Positions 1 to 7,833 of a DNA stretch of 38,518 bases are shown here, one piece after another. Within the stretch, counting starts at the first letter, position 1. Each line of letters starts with the position of its first letter. Source of the stretch: a virus (lineage: Duplodnaviria; Caudoviricetes); the IMG/VR virus record IMGVR_UViG_3300027811_000013, positions 1-38,518 of that record; one strand, written 5' to 3'. The notes under the pieces are model-generated. The model was not told the DNA's origin and made no database searches. It was given only the letters and a program-made list of their open reading frames with translations. Both the position numbers and the translations under genes were made by a program.

Positions 1-10
1 GCACGACTTC

Positions 11-442
11 TCACCCATCGCGGTCAGCCTCCTTCTTGGCCTTCATGGCCGTGAGCCGCGCCTCAAACAGTTTTACGACGAACTCGTTTGAGATCGCCAG
101 GCCATCAGCCAACGGGCCTTGCGCCTTGCCTTGGCATTCCTTGGCGACCGCCACGGCGCGTTCTGTTAATTCTACGCGCATGGCATCCGCATCCACATGT
201 GCCTGGTCGGCCATGTACCGCACCAAGACTTCCGCAAAAATGCCGTGTGCGTTGATGGCGATACTAGCCAGATTGTAGTACTGCACCAGGCCATCCACTT
301 CCCTGTCCTCAGCGCTGCTCTGCTTGATTATGTCGCCTATCATCTCCCAGCATGCTGTTACTTGCTGGCGTAGGCGTTCAAATTCCTCGCGCGTTGGCAC
401 TTCTTTGAACTCAGATTCCACCTTACTATCTTTCTCGTCCAT
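11..442 (-). CDS. Hypothetical helical early protein
   Basis: ORF track 11..502; likely start MDEKDSK at 442 after a GAAGGA-like SD; no recognisable motif. Confidence 0.7.
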   Translation of the reverse strand: MDEKDSKVESEFKEVPTREEFERLRQQVTACWEMIGDIIKQSSAEDREVDGLVQYYNLASIAINAHGIFAEVLVRYMADQAHVDADAMRVELTERAVAVAKECQGKAQGPLADGLAISNEFVVKLFEARLTAMKAKKEADRDG

Positions 443-520
443 GTTGCATTTCCTTCGGCCTCTCTGGACTTTCACCAGATCGGCCCATAATGGCCGCGCC
501 ACAAGGGCGCGGAAAAGGTT

Positions 521-697
521 TCACTTCTCAATCTCCCAGGCGAATGTGTCTCCAGGCTCCATGTTCTGGGACAGCCAGCCGCGTACTTGCTCACGGGTCT
601 GGTACTCAAGGAACAGGAGACCGTCCTTTTCAAAGTTCCAGAGTCGCGGGCCTTTCTTCATGCCTACATCGTAGGCTACATAGTCGGTCATGTTCAT
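521..697 (-). CDS. Small hypothetical protein
   Basis: Start (MNMTDY) overlaps the upstream stop as ATGA; GGAGA upstream. Confidence 0.6.
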   Translation of the reverse strand: MNMTDYVAYDVGMKKGPRLWNFEKDGLLFLEYQTREQVRGWLSQNMEPGDTFAWEIEK

Positions 698-864
698 TTC
701 TCCAAGCGTGCTGCCGCATCTATTACCTGTTTGCAGACCAGCAACAGCGCCTTCATGGCGCGCTGTTCGTCGTCGCTCAATTCTTCTTCCTCGATTAGTG
801 CATCCCTGCACGCCCGCAAGTCGATGAGCGTGTTCTGGAATCTGCAGTAACTCATGCTAGCCAT
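694..864 (-). CDS. Small viral protein with MSYCRFxNT motif (56 aa, not in ORF track)
   Basis: Manual translation MASMSYCRFQNTLIDLRACRDALIEEEELSDDEQRAMKALLLVCKQVIDAAARLEK; GGAGGT SD; the N-terminal motif resembles small phage proteins as I recall them. Confidence 0.75.
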   Translation of the reverse strand: MASMSYCRFQNTLIDLRACRDALIEEEELSDDEQRAMKALLLVCKQVIDAAARLEK

Positions 865-870
865 GTTACT

Positions 871-1032
871 TCAGACCTCCAGGCTGGTGAAGAACGCGGT
901 CATTTGCTGCGCCCGTCTCGACTCGCGCCTCGCGAATCGGCGGGCACGCCTGCGCCCGTATCCGTATGCTTCCCAGCGTTGCATCGCAAGCCGCCTGAAT
1001 CCGGCCCAATGTATCTTGTCGCTGTGCTTCAT
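871..1032 (-). CDS. Small Arg-rich basic protein (53 aa, not in ORF track)
   Basis: Manual translation MKHSDKIHWAGFRRLAMQRWEAYGYGRRRARRFARRESRRAQQMTAFFTSLEV; ATGA overlap with upstream gene. Confidence 0.6.
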   Translation of the reverse strand: MKHSDKIHWAGFRRLAMQRWEAYGYGRRRARRFARRESRRAQQMTAFFTSLEV

Positions 1033-1265
1033 GGTCTCTGCTCTCCTCTGAGCGTCTTGAGGGCCTTACCATGCACAAGCGTGTAGCTGTGGATGACATG
1101 CGCCATCCCAAAGTTCAGGGCCTCAAGCGCCTCGTCGCTCCAGGGCATCTGCCCGAAGTCGTCGATGTACTTCTCAATCGCCGCCCTCAGCTCGTTCTGC
1201 TGCTCCAGCAAGGTGTTCCAGCGAAAGATGATTTCCTCGCGCTCGTCCTTGAACACGCTGGTCAT
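1029..1265 (-). CDS. Hypothetical coiled-coil protein
   Basis: MTSVFKDERE start with GAGG SD; ATGA coupling at both ends. Confidence 0.65.
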   Translation of the reverse strand: MTSVFKDEREEIIFRWNTLLEQQNELRAAIEKYIDDFGQMPWSDEALEALNFGMAHVIHSYTLVHGKALKTLRGEQRP

Positions 1266-1354
1266 GCAATCGCCTCGTCGGCCCATATCTCATTCACAAG
1301 CTCTGCCCACACTATCTCGTCCTCACTCATGTCGTCGCCTATCTCGTACTTCAT
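1262..1354 (-). CDS. Acidic 30-aa peptide, first gene of early operon (not in ORF track)
   Basis: MKYEIGDDMSEDEIVWAELVNEIWADEAIA; strong AAAGGAG SD; stop overlaps next ATG. Confidence 0.55.
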   Translation of the reverse strand: MKYEIGDDMSEDEIVWAELVNEIWADEAIA

Positions 1355-1370
1355 TCTCGCATCTCCTTTG

Positions 1371-1401
1371 GCAAGATCGCGGACTTGAACCGCGTTCTTG
1401 C
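1371..1401 (-). other. tRNA minihelix-like hairpin
   Basis: Minus strand GCAAGAA-CGCGG-TTCAAGT-CCGCG-ATCTTGC: 7+5 bp stem (one mismatch) with a 7-nt T-loop-like loop. Confidence 0.5.
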
Positions 1402-1404
1402 ATG

Positions 1405-1451
1405 TTGGAAAAAAGATTGGCGCGGCCTGGGAGAGAACCCAGGGCCGCGCC
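1405..1451 (-). terminator. GC-rich hairpin followed by T tract
   Basis: GGCGCGGCC (1419-1427) / GGCCGCGCC (1443-1451) stem, followed on the minus strand by AATCTTTTTT. Confidence 0.55.
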
Positions 1452-1870
1452 TAGAGATAGGAGATGTTTCTAGGTGGACCTTTCGTTGCAGGATATTTCT
1501 GCTGTCACAGCCGGCTGCTACTCTACTGGAAGTCCTCTGCCACGGTGTTGATGCCGCCCGAGCAAAAAACCTTGCGCGCCCAGGCACGGTTCGCGTGCGT
1601 GTTCCTTCCATCTACCATACTTGCCGGCTCAGCTCGCGGAACGCCACGGTCATTCCTCGCGCCTCCCTTGGCGCGATCGCTTGTCACGCAGCACGCTGTT
1701 CGCGGCGCGCCGCTCGTGGTGATGCCGCCCGCTAATCTCATTGCAACCCGTCTCGGTCCGCCCGTCATGCCGCGCGACATCTACACCCAAATTGGTGGGT
1801 GGGGACTTGAATACTTCCTCATAAGTGATTGTCATTGACAACTAGGCCACGCTCAGTCAGCTTCAGATTC

Positions 1871-1939
1871 TGGTCAATTGACCAAAAACAGCGATTTTCC
1901 AAGTCCCTCGACGGCGCGCCCTGGTCTCCAAGATCTTGG
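1871..1939. promoter_or_regulatory. Cluster of perfect palindromes
   Basis: TGGTCAATTGACCA (1871-1884), GGCGCGCC (1913-1920), CCAAGATCTTGG (1928-1939). Confidence 0.5.
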
Positions 1940-1946
1940 CCGCCGC

Positions 1947-2005
1947 TGTGTGTGTGTGTGTGTGTGTGTGTTGTGTTGTATATGTATATGTATGTATATG
2001 TATAT
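1947..2005. repeat. (TG)12 microsatellite followed by TATATG-type repeats
   Basis: TG x12 at 1947-1970, then TTGTGTTG, then TATATG TATATG TATG TATATG TATA. Confidence 0.95.
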
Positions 2006-2036
2006 TTACATCGAGACAGTTCACCTACGCTTTTTC

Positions 2037-3191
2037 TCAGGTCGTGTGTTCAGTGATGATTTCCTCCAGTGATGCCACGGTCACGGTCGCCGCCCGCGGC
2101 GCTGTCCCGATCGGCAGCTTAACCTGAGTAACCGCCTGTCTGCCTTCAAAGCCGAAAGGCCCGTTCCTCACATCGAGAACCGTGAGCGGCTGCAAGTCGA
2201 TACCGTAGAAAGCATCCATGTCAATCACGCGGATGACATGCCGATGCGCCTGCACATAGCAGTAGGCCGCCCTGAGTAGCTCGTCCGTGTTTGTCGTCTT
2301 GACTTGCAGGATCTGTTCAAGCGTGCCGAACCTGTCCTTGCTCGATTGGGCTTCGTAAAGTGCGTACAGCTTGGCGTCAAGCGTTGATTGCCCGATTGCC
2401 CGCGTACACTGTTCTGTGCGGCTTGTGTCGCTCGATGCCGCTAGATCGGCGTTCCATTGCACTGTCCGCGAGACGACGTTTGCATCTGCCAAGTTAGGGA
2501 ACTTGCGAACACAGAACAGCGGCGTGTCGCTTGACCGCGCCGGCGTTTCGTACCAGTAGTAGGGCCTGGTCGTGCCGTCCATGATGTCGGTGTCCATCAT
2601 TTCCTCTACCAGCATGTTCACCCAGTCGCCCTTGGTTCGCCATCCCTCTTTCAGCTCGAAGTCCTGGCCGGCCACGCGGATAGGATTGCTTGAAACCACG
2701 CCAGTTGCATCGAGCAGCCCGCCCTGCATCGAGGACACAAGCTCGCGCACAGCCGCGCCACATTCCCAGCCGTCGAATGTCTGCCTCAGTGTGAGCGCAC
2801 CGCTGTAATAGTAGCCCTCGAGCCACTGTTCACGGAACAGCAGCGCCGAGTAGCCAACGGCTATCATCTTGATTGTGTACCCTTGGCGCGAGATGCCGCC
2901 GCCCGGTGTGATATATCCCACGAAAGCCGGCAGCGTGGAATCAATCTTGCCCCAGCCCATGTACAGCTTGAGCCGCCCGCCGATCTGGAAGTCCTCTGTG
3001 CGCTTGCCGCGTGGGTTCATGTAGCTCAGCGTGAGCATGGGCGCGGCGTTGAGGCGGCGCGTGAGGCTTCCGTCTATCTCGCCTTGCATCCTTGTCCAGC
3101 TTGTGGGCGACCAGGGCGGCGCGTAATAGAGCTCTACGGCCACGCCTTTGAACTCAGCGTTGGCATCTGTCTGCACGGTCTTTAGTGTCAT
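2037..3191 (-). CDS. Tail tip / baseplate hub-like protein
   Basis: 384 aa, last gene of the tail module; beta-rich N-terminus (GGRLKLYMGWG..FVGYI) and C-terminal 'RFGTLEQILQV' typical of hub/Tal proteins. Confidence 0.6.
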   Translation of the reverse strand: MTLKTVQTDANAEFKGVAVELYYAPPWSPTSWTRMQGEIDGSLTRRLNAAPMLTLSYMNPRGKRTEDFQIGGRLKLYMGWGKIDSTLPAFVGYITPGGGISRQGYTIKMIAVGYSALLFREQWLEGYYYSGALTLRQTFDGWECGAAVRELVSSMQGGLLDATGVVSSNPIRVAGQDFELKEGWRTKGDWVNMLVEEMMDTDIMDGTTRPYYWYETPARSSDTPLFCVRKFPNLADANVVSRTVQWNADLAASSDTSRTEQCTRAIGQSTLDAKLYALYEAQSSKDRFGTLEQILQVKTTNTDELLRAAYCYVQAHRHVIRVIDMDAFYGIDLQPLTVLDVRNGPFGFEGRQAVTQVKLPIGTAPRAATVTVASLEEIITEHTT

Positions 3192-3197
3192 GCCGCC

Positions 3198-5033
3198 TCA
3201 CTCTAGCAAGATCGCGCACGACCAGGCGACCTTGTCCACATAACCGCCTTCCTTGTGCTTCTGAATAGGCCCGTTGATGATTCCTGTGCGGGACACGCCA
3301 TCAAGCGTGAGTGAAACCTTCTTGCCATTCAGGATGATGTCGTTCAGCGTCTCGATGTCGTCCGGGATGCCATCTACATCAATGTCTGTGTACGCGAGTC
3401 CGCCGATCTTGACTTCACGCGGCATCTGTGTGCCGCTGGTTATCTCCCAGGCCTCTGGGCCTTCTAGCAAGGATGCGCGCCGGCCATCGGTGTAGTCCTC
3501 CGAATCGAAGCCATCGACCAAGGCCGAGTCCAGGTTCACCGTCGTTTGCGCGGCCACGGTTACTTGCATGCTCACCGTCGCGCTCGAATTCGTGCCGTCG
3601 CTTACTTGCAGCGCAGCTGTTTTCGTGCCAGCTGTTCCCCATGAATGTGTCACTACCGGCAAGGTCGTGTATTCGTCTGCTACGAATGAACCAGTGTAAT
3701 CCCAGTCCCAGGCATAACCGTTCGGTGTCGTAATCGACTTGTCTCCAGCCGGACAGTAGCTTTCGTCTCCGTAGAATGTGATTGTCTCGCTGGTCGCGGC
3801 CAACATGTTTGACGCGCGAATCTTGGCGATCGGCAAAGCTGCGGCCACGACTGGATTGCTCCCTGATGCCGTCAAGTCGGATTCCAAGCCCAGGCTGTTC
3901 TGAATCTTCCCATACGGATGATAAGTGGTCGAGTAAGGATACCGATGTGTCCTTGCCGAGACGAGCGTTCCTGTAGGCGGCTGCCAAGCATACGATTGCT
4001 CGGGGTCGCTGCCGCTGCCCCACTGGAAATAGAACAGGTCATCGGTTATCGGGACGGGCGTACTAGCATGGGCCGCACTCGTGATTGTGCCAGTCACCTT
4101 CTGGAACAGCTCAGGCGTATAATCATCAAAAGTGAATGAGCTGACATCGGGCCTAATGGCAAAGACCTCGTTCGACTTGGTGCTGTTCGCGCCCGTGTTA
4201 TTGGCATCCTCCACGAAGACTGCGTAGTACTGCACAGTGTTCTCTGTGTTCGCGCTGGCTTCCGTGTATTCGGTCTGAGCTTGGTTCGTCACCGTAGCCA
4301 CAAGTGTACTTGTATAGGTCACTGGGCTGCTCGCCGACTTCCGAATCTTGTAGCTGACAAAGTCGCTGTTTTTGTTTGCCGACCAGGTAAGCTTCACCTT
4401 GGTTCTGTCTGTGGTGTCGCCCTGGACTTTCAGATCTGTGATGCCTGTCGGATTCTCATCTTCATAAGTGATTCTGATTGTAGGCCGGTAACCAGCATTG
4501 CCTTCGCACGATTCGAACTGCATAAGGGCATCAAGACCTAGACTCTCGTTTGTACTTTTCAGACATACCCACGCGTTTTCCTCCCAGTCCAGGCCCATTA
4601 CACTGATGTCCCACTCGTACCAGCTATGCCAAGCTGCGCCATTGGGGATATATACATTCGGACTCAGCACATCGGTAAGGTCGCCGCCGGCTGTTGTCCA
4701 ACTATTCGTGCCGTCGTATTTGTTCCAGGTCACGCCGCTTTCCAAGACCTGGCTTGCACTCTTGTCGACACGCCGCGCATGTGTTGTCAAGCCGTTGGTC
4801 GTATGTGCTTGATAGATAGCTAGGCGTATCTTCACAGCAATCGGCTTGCGATTGGAGGCTATAGCCGGCCTTATCGGCATGGCGATTTTGAGGTAGGTCC
4901 TACAAATGTCACTTCCTGGAAGACCATCTATGGCGACAATTACCGCCGTTCCGTAGTTGCTGTCGGCATAAGTCCCGCTGCGCACATAGGCATCATCTGT
5001 CAGCTCCACATCCATGGTCACATTTGCGCCCAT
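3198..5033 (-). CDS. Tail protein with DNRLRE-like, FN3-like and PKD-like domains; probable Dit-like C-terminus
   Basis: DDAYVRSG..NYG..RTYLK..TWNKYDGTNSWTTAGGD (DNRLRE-like); VKLTWS..YKIRK..YYAVF (FN3-like); YAWDWD..THSWGTAGTKTAALQVSDG (PKD-like); follows tape measure gene. Confidence 0.7.
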   Translation of the reverse strand: MGANVTMDVELTDDAYVRSGTYADSNYGTAVIVAIDGLPGSDICRTYLKIAMPIRPAIASNRKPIAVKIRLAIYQAHTTNGLTTHARRVDKSASQVLESGVTWNKYDGTNSWTTAGGDLTDVLSPNVYIPNGAAWHSWYEWDISVMGLDWEENAWVCLKSTNESLGLDALMQFESCEGNAGYRPTIRITYEDENPTGITDLKVQGDTTDRTKVKLTWSANKNSDFVSYKIRKSASSPVTYTSTLVATVTNQAQTEYTEASANTENTVQYYAVFVEDANNTGANSTKSNEVFAIRPDVSSFTFDDYTPELFQKVTGTITSAAHASTPVPITDDLFYFQWGSGSDPEQSYAWQPPTGTLVSARTHRYPYSTTYHPYGKIQNSLGLESDLTASGSNPVVAAALPIAKIRASNMLAATSETITFYGDESYCPAGDKSITTPNGYAWDWDYTGSFVADEYTTLPVVTHSWGTAGTKTAALQVSDGTNSSATVSMQVTVAAQTTVNLDSALVDGFDSEDYTDGRRASLLEGPEAWEITSGTQMPREVKIGGLAYTDIDVDGIPDDIETLNDIILNGKKVSLTLDGVSRTGIINGPIQKHKEGGYVDKVAWSCAILLE

Positions 5034-5710
5034 TACAAACCAATCTCCTTCAGTCGCCTGATGTTCTCGGTCACGGCGCGGCCCGCGGCATCCGGGTCGC
5101 TTGTCGAGATATAGATGTTCACTTCGTTGATGGCCGTCCCGCTTGCGCCGATCGGTGCGCCCGCCAACGGCGTGAATCTGTATGCCTCAGGGCCGGCCTC
5201 TCCGGCCAGGAACAGCGTGGGCTTGCTCACTATGCCGCTGCCGCCGTATGCCATGTGCATCGACTTGTCCTTCTGTGAATGGATGATGATGAGGGCCGCG
5301 CTGATTATGGCGGCCACGACGGGCGCGAGCCACAAGTTGGCAGCGACCTCGGCGGCGACACGCGCCCATACGGCTCGCGCTGCGTTCATCTCTAAGATCG
5401 CCTTGATAGTAAGCATGGTGTTTGCCACAGCCAGAACCGCGTTCACGCCCATGAGAACCTTCTTCAAGGATTCGTTTTTTACACCGGCCAACTCCATTAC
5501 CATGCTCATGTTGGCCATGGCCATGCTGGCGGCCATGATGCCCATACGGTACTGGAAGATCTCTTGCCGCGCCTCCCTGAATGATGCGATGTTGGCTCTG
5601 GCCGCTGAATTCACCTTGTGCATGCCGGCGGCATGTACATCATAGGCTTCCTCGCCTTGAGATTCTGTCTCCACGCGCACTCTAACGGATTGTTCGGCCA
5701 AGTTCGTCAA
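5033..5710 (-). CDS. Tape measure protein (very short)
   Basis: Directly after tail chaperone; Ala/Met-rich hydrophobic helices; motif GGSGIVSKPTLFLAGEAGPE typical of TMP C-termini. Confidence 0.8.
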   Translation of the reverse strand: MTNLAEQSVRVRVETESQGEEAYDVHAAGMHKVNSAARANIASFREARQEIFQYRMGIMAASMAMANMSMVMELAGVKNESLKKVLMGVNAVLAVANTMLTIKAILEMNAARAVWARVAAEVAANLWLAPVVAAIISAALIIIHSQKDKSMHMAYGGSGIVSKPTLFLAGEAGPEAYRFTPLAGAPIGASGTAINEVNIYISTSDPDAAGRAVTENIRRLKEIGL

Positions 5711-5915
5711 GCCTCCGCTTTTCCTCTGCTGCTTTTTCGCGCGCCATCTCAGCGCGTTCGGACCAGGCTAAGACGAACATATCCACGAAAGGCGCTGCCT
5801 GGTCATTTAGTCCGCCCGCATCTGGCATGATTCCGTAGTCCAGCGCCATCAAGACCTCTGTGAGGTACGGCGGATTCGGGGACGCATCGAACTTACCTCG
5901 TATCCGCCGTCTCAG
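5682..5915 (-). CDS. Tail assembly chaperone C-terminal extension (gpT-like) reached by -1 frameshift
   Basis: 77-codon -1 frame LRRRIRGKFDASPNPPYLTEVLMALDYGIMPDAGGLNDQAAPFVDMF...GRTIR*; not in ORF track. Confidence 0.8.
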   Translation of the reverse strand: MRRRIRGKFDASPNPPYLTEVLMALDYGIMPDAGGLNDQAAPFVDMFVLAWSERAEMAREKAAEEKRRLDELGRTIR

Positions 5916-5921
5916 TTTTTT
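5867..5921 (-). promoter_or_regulatory. -1 programmed ribosomal frameshift signal
   Basis: Slippery A AAA AAC (5921-5915) just before TGA; ACGGCGGAT/ATCCGCCGT stem starts 4 nt downstream. Confidence 0.8.
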
Positions 5922-6373
5922 TCGTCACTCTCGCCCAGCATCACGCTGTCCACTAGCTTGAGAGCTGCTTCGCGCTCATGCGGCGCGAGTAGCTCGGCCA
6001 AGCTCGCCTTGAGCAGCGTAACCCTGTCATCTCGCCGGCTGAGGAAGGCAATCACGGCATCCTGCAGCTTGTCGAACTCGTCATCAGGCAAGTTCCATAC
6101 ATCATCCACGGTCAATCCCGTAACCGCGGCGACCTTCTCCACCTCGAAGCCTGCGCCCGCTTTGTTCATCTTCTCAATCTCCTGCTGAAATAGATTCCGC
6201 AGGAGGTCGATGTTCGGGCCTTTGGCCGTCGAGATCGCGCCCAACATGCCGCCAGCATACTGTTGCCCAGGGATACCGTACTTGCGCTCGAGCTGGTCCC
6301 TTGTCCGCTTCGACCACATTCTCAGGTTCACAAGCCTGTCCTCACCATTCAGCCGCACTGGCACCGATTTCAA
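5912..6373 (-). CDS. Tail assembly chaperone (gpG-like)
   Basis: 153 aa between tail tube and tape measure genes; ends in slippery site. Confidence 0.8.
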   Translation of the reverse strand: MKSVPVRLNGEDRLVNLRMWSKRTRDQLERKYGIPGQQYAGGMLGAISTAKGPNIDLLRNLFQQEIEKMNKAGAGFEVEKVAAVTGLTVDDVWNLPDDEFDKLQDAVIAFLSRRDDRVTLLKASLAELLAPHEREAALKLVDSVMLGESDEKN

Positions 6374-6383
6374 GATTTCCCTC

Positions 6384-7328
6384 CTAGTACTTCACATCAA
6401 CGGCGATCGTCTTTGCGGTCAACTTCCATGTCTGCGGAACATCGGCGTCCGCATCGCTTTCCTTCTCGTCATAGCCGCCAAGAATCTGACAGCCGCCAAG
6501 TGTGAACTTGATGTACTCTGCGTTGCTGTTCTTCGACAGCACCAGGTCTATGCTCGTGATTTCTCCGTTGCCTTCGTGCATGGCTAGCAGGCCCGTGTAC
6601 AGCACATCCTTGAGCGTAGTTAGCTCCAGGCTTACATCCCGGCCCACGATCGCGCACTTGCCAAGAACGCCCGCCGAACCCACAGTAGGGCCGGCCACTA
6701 GCTTGTTCGCTATCGACAGCTTGGCGCGCTGAATGTGGTCCGACGGCACGGTGACGCCCGTGAACACGAAAGACAGATCTGTTGCCGGATTGAACAGGGA
6801 GGTCGTCGGCTCGCTCGGCAAGGCCGTCGCCCTGCTCCCTGCTCGCGCATAGTTCTTGACCTGCCACTTGGCCTCTGTACTCACCTTCTGTTCGTCTAGC
6901 GTCAAGTCTAGGGCCTCCATGACGCAGCCCTTGGCTATCCACCACTCAATCTCGCCGCCGCCACGGTCAAGGCCGAACTCGCAGGACATCGACCTCAGAT
7001 TGGGGTAGCCGCTGGCCGGATAGGGCGTTATGACACCAGCCACGGACGGCGCGCTGCCCAGGGCCAAGGCAATCAGGGAGTTGTCTGGATTGTCATCTAT
7101 GAGGTCCATGCTTACGCTCAGGCCGCACTTCTTCCACTTCTTGGCGTAGCCCTTGGGCATCACGCCGCTGCCCACAGATCGGCGCGCCTCGCGCTGTGGG
7201 TCAAAGCTAAAGGTCAGGTCTTTCACATCTCCGAGGAACGCGAGCCGGCTTGCAGCAGGATCTGTTCCCCACTCGCTTTCAACCGAATAGCTGGGATTCT
7301 TGAAGTCCCGCATGGTTACGATTCCCAT
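6384..7328 (-). CDS. Major tail tube protein
   Basis: 314 aa; N-terminal ESEWGTDP and internal 'KGCVMEALDLTL' / 'AKLSIANKL' / 'GRDVSLELT' patterns of siphovirus tube proteins; synteny. Confidence 0.8.
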   Translation of the reverse strand: MGIVTMRDFKNPSYSVESEWGTDPAASRLAFLGDVKDLTFSFDPQREARRSVGSGVMPKGYAKKWKKCGLSVSMDLIDDNPDNSLIALALGSAPSVAGVITPYPASGYPNLRSMSCEFGLDRGGGEIEWWIAKGCVMEALDLTLDEQKVSTEAKWQVKNYARAGSRATALPSEPTTSLFNPATDLSFVFTGVTVPSDHIQRAKLSIANKLVAGPTVGSAGVLGKCAIVGRDVSLELTTLKDVLYTGLLAMHEGNGEITSIDLVLSKNSNAEYIKFTLGGCQILGGYDEKESDADADVPQTWKLTAKTIAVDVKY

Positions 7329-7329
7329 T

Positions 7330-7824
7330 TCACAGCCTCCTTTTGTGCAGCTTGACCATGACCTTGATTGTCGTCACGGTCTGGAAATACGCCGCGCCCT
7401 CGGCCATGTTCACCTTGGCGTTCTTCAGGTCCACCAAGGTCACATCCGTCAGCTCGTTCAGGCGCGGGTACAGGTCGATTAGCTGCCTCAACCTTTCCAC
7501 ATCCTCATAGGCGGTTCTCGTATCTGTCTTTTGCGCGCTCGTGCGCACGATGAACACCGTCATGGTCGCCTCGATGCGCTCGCCGCCTACAAAGGTCTCC
7601 ATGTCCATGTTGTCCACGACAATCAGAACATAGGGCGGCATCATGCTCGCCCGCTGGTCGAAATGAAAATTGGCCTGCGGAATCTGCTTGAACCAGTCGC
7701 TTTGCTTCATCAGTTGCATGAGGCGCTCCGCGATCGTCCACGCTGTCCCGCCTAGCGGTTTCTGTCCCTCGACCACATGATAGCCAACTGGCGTTTCTCC
7801 GACAGTCGGTATTGGCAGACTCAT
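7330..7824 (-). CDS. Tail terminator/completion protein
   Basis: 164 aa directly upstream of tube gene; PYVLIV strand typical of the fold. Confidence 0.6.
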   Translation of the reverse strand: MSLPIPTVGETPVGYHVVEGQKPLGGTAWTIAERLMQLMKQSDWFKQIPQANFHFDQRASMMPPYVLIVVDNMDMETFVGGERIEATMTVFIVRTSAQKTDTRTAYEDVERLRQLIDLYPRLNELTDVTLVDLKNAKVNMAEGAAYFQTVTTIKVMVKLHKRRL

Positions 7825-7833
7825 ATCATCCCT

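Noticed and set aside
1340-1460. Complete tRNA gene
   Set aside because: Only a T-arm/acceptor-like hairpin is present; no D or anticodon arm can be folded.
1650-1841. 63-aa minus-strand ORF
   Set aside because: No clear SD, low-complexity C-terminus and overlap with hairpin-rich DNA; not supported enough to call.
1829-2127. Plus-strand ORFs with CVCVCV/YMYVY runs
   Set aside because: Simple translation of the microsatellite; no SD or other coding support.
5860-5910. H-type pseudoknot after the slippery site (GAGGTA/TACCTC as second stem)
   Set aside because: Loop lengths of 2 and 0 nt make both stems sterically incompatible; treated as a simple hairpin.
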